In this document: one piece after another, positions 50,601 to 59,600 of the stretch | Position numbering within the stretch: the stretch's first letter is position 1 | Layout of the letters: every line of letters starts with the position of its first letter | Assembly: GCA_964036045.1 (NCBI GenBank) | Contig: OZ038378.1 | Span: forward strand, 31,062,001-31,126,000 | Reading direction: 5' to 3' | DNA length: 64,000 nt | From: Eutreptiella sp. 'Long Island Sound 2002' | Taxonomy: Eukaryota > Protista > Euglenida | Notes under the pieces: model-generated | The model's database searches: none | Told to the model about the DNA's origin: nothing | Seen by the model: only the letters and a program-made list of their open reading frames with translations | Program-made: the position numbers and the translations under genes

Positions 50601-53600
50601 TTCGGCAACCAACTCAGCGAGCGGGAAGCCAGAAGCAATAGAGGCGGCCCTGGATGGGGTATTGATGCCCGTGCAGCAGGAATTCCGGCAGCTGGGGGTG
50701 GGCGTGCGCACCGTCCCACGGAGGGGCACGGGGCCGCTCCTACAGCGACGTATTGGGGAAGGAAAAACGGCCCTTAAAAAGGCACGCACGCTGCCCGTAG
50801 GCTTCGACCGAAAGGCCACAGTGGCAGCAGTAATGATCGTGGCCGCAACACTGTTTGGAGTCGAACTCGCAGACATCTCCCTCCGCGACATCAGCAGTCT
50901 GGAGACAGCCATCATGATAGCGATGTGGGGCCCCAGCAGGCCTTGCACGGCGAAGGAACTGGTCTTTGCGCTACTGCTGCCGGGTCACCGAGTGCTCCCC
51001 TCCATGGTAGTCCCGTACAAGCGGATGTGCTGGCTGGCACAGATTGCGCGCACCCCGGGCACAGCACAAATAGTAACACAGGCTATCTGGGAGCGCACGA
51101 CGACACCCAAGGCAGCAGGCCCGCTGGGACAAGCGCTCTGGGAATTCCGCAAGCTGGGCTGGCAGTGCCAGGGCGGATGGTGGCAGTGGGCCATGCTGCA
51201 CAGGGAGGCCCAGCTGGCAGCGCTGGAGAAGCGGAGGCCACGCACATTCGGAGCTATGGGGGCGCCTCCATCGAGAGCTGACACGCAGAGAAATGAACTC
51301 ATGCGCGGATGAGTTGGACAAGTCACTGCTCTGGGGGGCACTAGCTGGTGCCCCGTGGACGGCGGACAGGGCATACCGTCGGGGGCTTCGCGAAGACGAT
51401 CGCTGCCCCTACTGTGACAAAGGGGTCAGGGAAGATGACAGCCATCTCCTGTGGTGGTGTGGAGCATGGAAGGTGGCAGGGGAACCCTTCCTCTCAGACA
51501 TCATGCTGCTGGCAAGAGCGATCAAGCTGGGGGCCCTGTCGACGTGGCCTCCGTGCCTACGCCGCTGTGGCCTGATGCCGGAGTCTGTGGTAGCGCGCAG
51601 TGGGCTGTCGCGGTGACCGGGGTGGAGGAAAAGATGCGGGGAGCTACACCGAGTCTCCCGACATTGGGAACCGGGTCCAAAGGAGACTTGGGAGGAGGCC
51701 AGCCGCCAGAGGGCGGAGCTAGGGCTGGCGGGACAACAGTGGGCGGATGCGGATACCAACCCGCTGGAGTAGTTCTTCAGCAAACTCCATGGCATGTTCA
51801 TGGCAGTACTCCGGACCAGAATGAAGACGGAGGAGGAGGTAGGGTTGCTGTTTCCGGCAGTGCGAAAGCGCATACAGCAAACCTGCTCCCCCTGACACCA
51901 GCTGCAACTCCCGCATCCGCAGCAACTACCGACAAAAGTACCGGAGCTGGGGCCGCTGCCAAGGGACTGGAGATGGGGACGCGATTTCCTGCCAGCCATG
52001 CTAAGCTGGCTCAGGGAGCTACACCGGCTGCCGACGGATGATGATGCACCGGTGGGTCACGGGCAGGTGTCGTTCATGGAGCTAGCCCTGGACTTCGAAT
52101 CCCATGCGGGACGACCCCTGCCGCCTACCCCACAATCGCGCTTCACGGGGTCAGAAATGTCATTGCAAGAAAAGGGCCGAGTTCTCCGGCTGGCGGTCAC
52201 CCTCCTATGAAGAGCAGCAGGACGCAAGTCTATCCTACCGGCAACAATTACCACCAGATGTCGCGCGCTGGTCCCGCTAGGGGCCGGCATGGTGGTGGGG
52301 CCGAAAGGCCGCCTGCTATTCACCAGGCCAGCCGCGGTATGGCACCACCTGCAAAGACTGCGCCAATACAATATAGAGCGCTGGGCGCGTCAGCAACAGC
52401 AACGAGTGGCGCGGCGGAAGCACAAACAGCGACGAGCGCAGGGGAAACCGGCAATGTCGCCCGGTGGCAATTCAAGACAGCAGGAGAGGTGCCCGGGGAA
52501 AGGAGGAGCCAAGAAGACGGTCGGGGCGTATGCCAGTGATTTCTACGCGGGCCCCATCATGCCGCAAGGGGGCCGCAGAGGCCAACAGTACCAGGTGGTG
52601 GCAGCGGAGGACGGCCCCGTACCAAATGCAAGGGCGGCACTTTTCTCACCGCCACAGCGCCGCGCCAAGGCCCGATGCCCGGAGCAGCACCCCCGGCTGC
52701 CACGCCTTTGGGTCTGCGCGACACACAAACAGAGATAGTGCGCCACATGCGCTGCGTCGGGACGAGGGGTTCGGCACTGCTGCGCCCGGGAGCACGTCGG
52801 GCATCCCCGCCCCCGTGCGCACGAGCGCAGTCGACCGCCTGGGGCATCGGGCAGAGCGAGGGCAGCGGGGCTGCGCACACCGAGGGGGGGGGGGGCTCAG
52901 CGAAGAGGCCCAAGCGACGCCAGTAGGAGTTAGTGCGAGGAGGCCAGGCCTCCAAGAGAGGACGGGGGCACCCTGACCCCCCCCCCCCTCGCGAAGCGGG
53001 CGCGAGTGATGCAGCAGGACACGGCCAGGCATGGGCGCGCCGGGATGGAGGTCACATACCCCCACCCCACCAGAGGTTCTGACCCAGGCGAGGCTCCGGC
53101 TGTGACCCCAACGGGCGCTGGACAGGATGGCGCACATACTGTGCGCTGCACTGATTTTGGTGGCGCTCTGGGCGACATCGGGGGGCCCTGGACCCATGCG
53201 GGTCTCCCTCTTTAATATTGTTCTTCCCCTAAGTATAGTCACACAGACACACCCCTTCTTTTATGCCCTCCCCTTGATGCATTTCTCACCCCATGGTGTA
53301 TTTCTAACCCCATAGTGCATTCCGAATCCCATGACCACCCTGGATGCGTTCCAACCCCCATGCTGCAATTCTAACCCCATGGTGTATTTCGAACCCCATG
53401 ACTGCCTCGGAGACCCACAGTCCCAAGGTTTCTGGTACCCATGGCCGGAAATACCCAAGTTGATGAAACCCTACCATAGACGTTGGTAGGGGTGGTGCGA
53501 ATTGTCGGATCACACCTGGGCGGCATACCCAACTGTTCGGAGGTGCCCGACACTATGTATTTCATTTGGTGTGGGGTTGTGGGGGGGAATTTGGGCGGCC

Positions 53601-56600
53601 GGGGTGCTCTTCGCACGGACAATACCCCCGCGCAGTGAAAAACCCCCTTAAACCCCCCCCCAAACCCCCCCCCTTTTTAGAATTGGCTTTGTGGGGGGGA
53701 TTTTAAGCATGATATCCGATTTCCGAGAACCCCCCCCCCCTCCCGTGGTGTGGCTCCGTGGGGCGGTGTGGGGCCCATCCCATGGAACAGTGCCCGCCCC
53801 CATTCCGCTAGGGCTTGTGGTGACGGGGCGTCGGCATGCCCATCGCTTTCCACAGGCTTCTACTACCTGATGAACAGTATGGGGCTGCCCGTCCATGCGT
53901 ATTTGGTCAGTATGTACGGCTTCTTTGCAGCGATGTACACTGTCGTGTGCACAGTATTCTGGGCGTCAGGTGCCGCTCCGTCCCGCATCCCATTGCTGTC
54001 TGCGTCCCTCCGCCACTACCAGGTTTGCGCTTGAGAGGGGGATGCCGTCTATAGCCCCGAGGCACCCCTCTGCAAACCACAGCCAAGAGTGTTCAACTTG
54101 AAGTACCAACCGGCAAGCCCGCCACGCCGTGGATGGTCCACCTGCCTCCCCCACAGTGGTGGTGAGCACCCTTCAGACCTCACAGTCATGGGGAAGGACT
54201 GGGTGTGACGCATGGCCGGCCCCAGCGTGGAAGCAGCAGCATCTGTGCACAGAGGGACAACAGCCCCACCCATGTTCTCAGGTACCGAGAATACGTCTAC
54301 ACAGTGGCTTAGCACACGCAACGTAAACCATTTCCTCCTGAAAACCAGTGCGTACAGTCGGACATATCAACGGGCACACTTACTGGGCCCTTACGGCACT
54401 CCCCCCCCCCATTTACCCCCCCCCCCCCTCCAGGCCTTGATCAGGCGCTCTCTGCTTGCTGTGCCCACGTCACATGCTGGCCGCCCTGTGCTGTCACTGT
54501 GTCATTGGCTGCTTCTGTTCTTCTTTTTCTTGCATTCGTTGCAGACGGCCACCCCGTCACCTACAAGCAGATGGATCAAGCACCAGGGGGGGGGGGGGGT
54601 TTAGTCTACGCCCCACCGCCCCCAGCCCCCCCGCCCCTTCCAGCCCCCCAAGCCTGCGCCCCTGTCCAACCTACACCCCCGTCGGGACTGCAGCTCAGAC
54701 AAGGGGGAGGGAGGGCAAGTCGATTTCCCCCATTCACGTGTCTCCACTCCAAAGGGAGCGCTGCTAACAAGAGCAGCGCGCTTGCGACGGACATGGCCAG
54801 GCTTCGACGCTGCCGTCGGCGAGCTGCTTCAGAATTGCGGATTTTTGACTCCATGACGCGACGCGACGCGATGCGACTGTGAGCCCAGAAGTCGCAAACT
54901 CCGACCGATGTCGCTGGCGTCGTCGTTTTCCGTCCATGCAGTGGCCGTCAGGCCTTACGGGTTGCAGAAGACGAGGACATGGGGGCATGCAGGTTTTTTG
55001 CCCCAGCACAGTGACATTCACAAAAGCTTCGAAAAATTTCCGAAATTGTTCGACCCCTCTCTGTTTCTCCTCGGTTTCCCCCTCGGTTTCAGGCTTCCCT
55101 GTAGGCAAGGGGCCCATCGAGCGTTGTCCGGATCAGAGACGCCCCGTGACGGTGGACACCGTTGTGCATAGGCGGTAACGAAGCGCACGGAGCCCAGACA
55201 CAGTCCATTGACAGGGGGCTGCACCCGGGGAAGGAGTTTGGACTCGTGGAACGGCTTGTGTGTGAAGTCTGAAGCCCTGACCCTGTACTGGGGCGGGGGG
55301 GGGGGGGGGTCATTTGATGCCGTATGCGTGGCGCGACTGTTCGGGCAATGGGGTCCAACCCAGCGGGAGTGGCAGCAGCGCAGTGTGAAGCAGTGGGGAA
55401 TGCCCCAGCCTGTTGAGAGCCAGCCACATGACCCCCCCCCCCCATTCAAGGGTAGAATCAGCGCTTGCGACAACTGTCCTGCTCTCACCGCCCAAACAAA
55501 CTTTACCCAAAGGCCCCACTTGGCCACCTGGCCTCACCCAACATGCAGGGAATAAGAAACACCACTCACCCACTCTGCGCAATGACCAGCCCCTGGTCAA
55601 ACACCGCTTTACCTTCAAACACTGTCGAGCGACTACCCTGTGGTCATCACTGGTGACCCTGTAAGCCTACCAGTCCTTTTGCAAGGGGAACGGGGGTTAC
55701 ATGGCACTGGACACCGGTTGTACTCCACGGTCACCTACCCGCCTTCATGGACCCCCCCCCCCCCCCGCAAACGCACACAGCTTTTTCTCATAGCTTGGCA
55801 CATGCTGCCCCGCACCCTCATGCTTTAGGCTTCCTCGCACAACTGCGGCTCTTCACCCAGACCAACGGATGGGTACTCCTGGCCTTTGCTGTGGGCTGGG
55901 GCAACGCCCTGATCTCCCTGTCCTTCCTCCTGGCGGCCCTGGTCAAGTCCAAGCGCACCGCCATTGTCCTCGGCTACAGCACCGCCCTCGTGGGCACCAT
56001 GTGCGGTGTGTGCGGTGCGCCCTGCGGGTTCAGAAGGGGCCCGGGGAGCAGGGCGTTGCTTTAATTTTCATTCCGGCAGGGGGGGGGGGGGGGCCCTCCC
56101 CCTTGGACCACCTCCCTCCCTCCCCTGGACCCCCTCCCCTCCCCCCTCCACTCTAGTTCACCTGAGAATCAGGGTTTTGGGAACGTTTTTTTCGTTTGGG
56201 CCAATTTTTTCCTCCCGCGCCTTCGGGGCACTTCCAGCAGGGTTCTTTGGTCACTCCACTGTGTCCTTTCTTCCCTCTGTTGCAGACACCATGTCCCAGC
56301 GTCCCATAAGTGCGTTCTTCGGCACCCCGGTCCAACCGTGTCCCCGCGTAAAACGCGACGACCTTGTAAACGCGATCCTCTATTTTCGTTTCCAAGATAG
56401 ATGGACTGGGAAGAAAAGGCAAGAGGCGTATAATGTGGCACAGAAAGCATGTTCCACACTGTTTCTGAACACTCCAATGGCAACTCTGCATGAGTTTATA
56501 ACACAAGCAGCCGTAATGGCACGCCAAGACCGCGAGGTGCGCTGCCTGCCGCATGAGTTTTTGCTCATGCAAGTCCAACTCTGATTGATCTTCAGCAAAT

Positions 56601-59600
56601 AATTTGATAACAATGAGCATTCCACTGTGTTTCCTGTTTGTGTTGCCTGGTGGTGTTCAGGTGAGGGCACAATGTATGGACCCAAAAAGATGATTTGATT
56701 ACCGGTGTTCAGACATTATGACAGATGTATATACTGAATGGGTCAATGTGGTGCATTTTTGCAATTCTTGGTCGATATGGTTCATTCCGGCAGGGGGGGG
56801 GGGGGGGGCTCCCCCCCCTGGACCACCTCCCCCCCTCCCCTGGACCTCATTCCCCCCCCTCCCCCCTCCGCTCAAGCAACGCCCTGCCCGCCCTTCTGTG
56901 GACCCCTGAGGGTGGTGGCGGGTCGGTCACGGGTCGGTCAGCTTGGCAGTTGGGTTCGAGGAAGGGGTTGCCTTAATTAAAATGGGTTGGGGGGTTCACA
57001 CTAGGGTTTTGAAACGGAGAATCTGGAGTAGGCAAATCGTCTCAAAACGTGCCCCCTGGGGAGGCGGAGGTGGAGGCGGAGGAGGAGAAGGAGGAGGAGG
57101 GGGGGGGAGGACAGGGAGGAGGAGGAGGAGGAGGATTCGTATATGGATTTGGGGGCCAATCACAGGCTCACAGGACATCCGGGGGGTGCATGATGGCGTC
57201 CCCGACGACGCTGCATATCGGCCAGCCATGCCATATAATGCACTCCCAGGACCCTACCGTTGCGCCCTCTGCATTCCCGCGCTGGGTAGCTGCACTGGGC
57301 CACACCCCGTGCTGTTGTCGGGGCGCTCTGGAATCGAGGCCGCCACCATCCCTCGCGTTGTCCCTCGCTCCTGCAAACTCCTCAGCACTACTCCGTCGCC
57401 CTTTTCTCTCCTCACGCCCCAGCCCCTGCCCCTGCCTCTGCCCCTGCTCCCACAACCCCACCCTCCCTGGCCCCTACCCCTGTCTTCACCCCTGCCTGGT
57501 CATGCTGGTCATGCCATATGATGCTCTGCCTGGGTCCTTTTCAGACCCCCTGATGCACCCTCCGCATCTCCTGGCCAGGCGGCTACGCCGGGTCACGCCC
57601 CGTGCTGTGGTCAGGGCACTCAGAACTCGTGGCTGTTGCCCTGCGGCACGCTGTCCCTCAACCTTGCCTCTACCCTTGCCATTCGTCCTGCCCTTGCCCC
57701 TATATCTTCTCCTGCCCCCAACCCTGCCTCTGCCCCTGCCCCTGCCCCTACACCTCCACCCGCCGTGGCCCCTGCTCCTGCCCTCACCCCTCCCTGGCTA
57801 GTCATGCCATATGATGCACCCTCTGGGTCCTCGTTGGACCCTCCGTGCAGCAGGCAATCCGGGACATGGTGCATCAGGCACGCTGTAGCGCTGCAATGGT
57901 GGCACTCTGTCACACTATGCAGCATGCACTCTGTCACGCCAAGCAGAAATACTCTGTCAAGCAAGCACCCCAATCCACCGTGCGGTGGTACCAAGCCCAC
58001 CAAGAGGTAACGCTAAGCCCATCCTATGGTGGTGCCCAGCCAACCGCAAGGTGGCCTTCCCATCCTATGGTGGTGAAGTCAACCCCCGTCCCCTTACCAA
58101 TTCAGGGGCTATGGGGGTGTTCTTGTTCTAATGTAGTCATCGTGCCGCAACTATTGTTGCCTCATTTTGGAAAGGAGGGCGTCCTTTGAGCGCGGCCCCA
58201 CAACACAACCACCAACAGTGAGGAACTGCAGTGAGCTACAGTAGAGGAGGAGCTGCTGCAGGAAAGGAAGTGTAGCAGCTGCAGCACCACGGCTGTAGCA
58301 GATGTGCTGCACCCCCATAGCCCCTGGATGGGTAACGTGGCGGGATTGGCTACCGTGCGCTGTAGCACCAGAGCGGCACCAGGATAGGAGCAACAATAGC
58401 TGTAGCACAAAAGCTGCAGCAGACCAACAACCGGTGCGGCACCCCCATAGCCCTTGGATTGGTAACAAGGCAGGGGTCGAGTGCAGTGCAGTGGGTGTTG
58501 TACAATGTTGTAGCATGCAAACTGTAGCACCAGCCCCGCAGCAGCAACTTGGCTAGTGCAGCACCCCCATAGCCCCAAGATTGGTAACGGGGCGGGTGTA
58601 GGCTGCAATGAGCCGCGGCACAACATGGTTGCTGGCTCAGCAATGGATGCCCAGCAGCTGTTAGGCCCTGGCTGCCCGCCATGGTATCATGGTGCTGCTC
58701 ACCGCGGGGTTTGGGGCCGCTTGCAGAGCAGGGTGCCACTTGTGGGGTGCATGTGGCTGCCTTTTGGTGAGTGATTTAGGCCTCCCGGGTCCTGCGTTGA
58801 TAGGACCTGGACTCTTGAGCGGGCCTTTGTGCACACGGACACCCGTGTGCTTGGTTTCCTCGCGCCAGGCAGGCGACGGATGCCCGTCTCATCTCCAAGG
58901 CTGAGCCTGCTCAGGGGAGGGTGCCTCCCGTTGGCCGTGCGGATGTCTGCTGGGAGGGTGACACCGGGGTGGGAAGACTGTCCCTTTGGCCAGTGCTGAA
59001 GTGCACAGTGGTGGGGAAGCGGTCCTTACACCCTGTGCAAGTGTGCACAGGGGTGGGGAAACTGTCCCTCCGCCCTGTGCTGAAGTGACAAGGGGTGGGG
59101 AAACTGTTGGGCGCTGTACGTTCGCTTGGCGATGACTGCACACCTTCCCCCTGGAAGTGGTCTACCGCACACTCCCTCCTCCCTCGGCCCTGACAGGCGT
59201 AGTGCTCGGCACCATTGTGTACGGCCACAACCCCATCACCGGGTCCCAGACCATGCCCCTGCTCCTGCTGCTCAACCCTCAGTGGGCGTGGTCGCGCGCC
59301 GTGTACCTATTTAACTACGCCTGCTTGCGCAGCACTGGCTGCTACACCACCTTCGCTGCCCTACCCCCTGAGGCCGTGCGCATCTGCGCAGCCCTGTACG
59401 TGGACGCGGCGCTCTGCTTCGCGGCGGCGATGGCGCTGAGCCAACCGTTCCGGACTCCCGAGGCCCCGGCGCCACTGGTCAAAGGTGAGGAGAGTGATGT
59501 GGACTATTCGCAGGTCTGCGCCGCGGATTCCGCGGGCAGGGGCGCCGAGCAGAGGATGTGGGTGTGAATAGGTGGGGCGAGACGACGACGGTGGTGACCG

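Larger units (their letters stand above)
25261..53746. mobile_element. Outer TIR DNA transposon A (hAT- or MULE-like, non-autonomous) expanded to 28.5 kb by nested insertions
   Basis: GGTGTGGCT direct repeat at 25252-25260 and 53747-53755. The ends are G-run imperfect inverted repeats (GGGG..CTC..AAATC.GAT). The left (25261-26777) and right (53245-53746) portions are homologous to the left and right portions of element B. Confidence 0.8.

Noticed and set aside
59485-59486. GTGAGG as the ABCA donor
   Set aside because: It gives phase 1, but the next exon starts in phase 0; the donor at 59514 fits and retains EESDVD.
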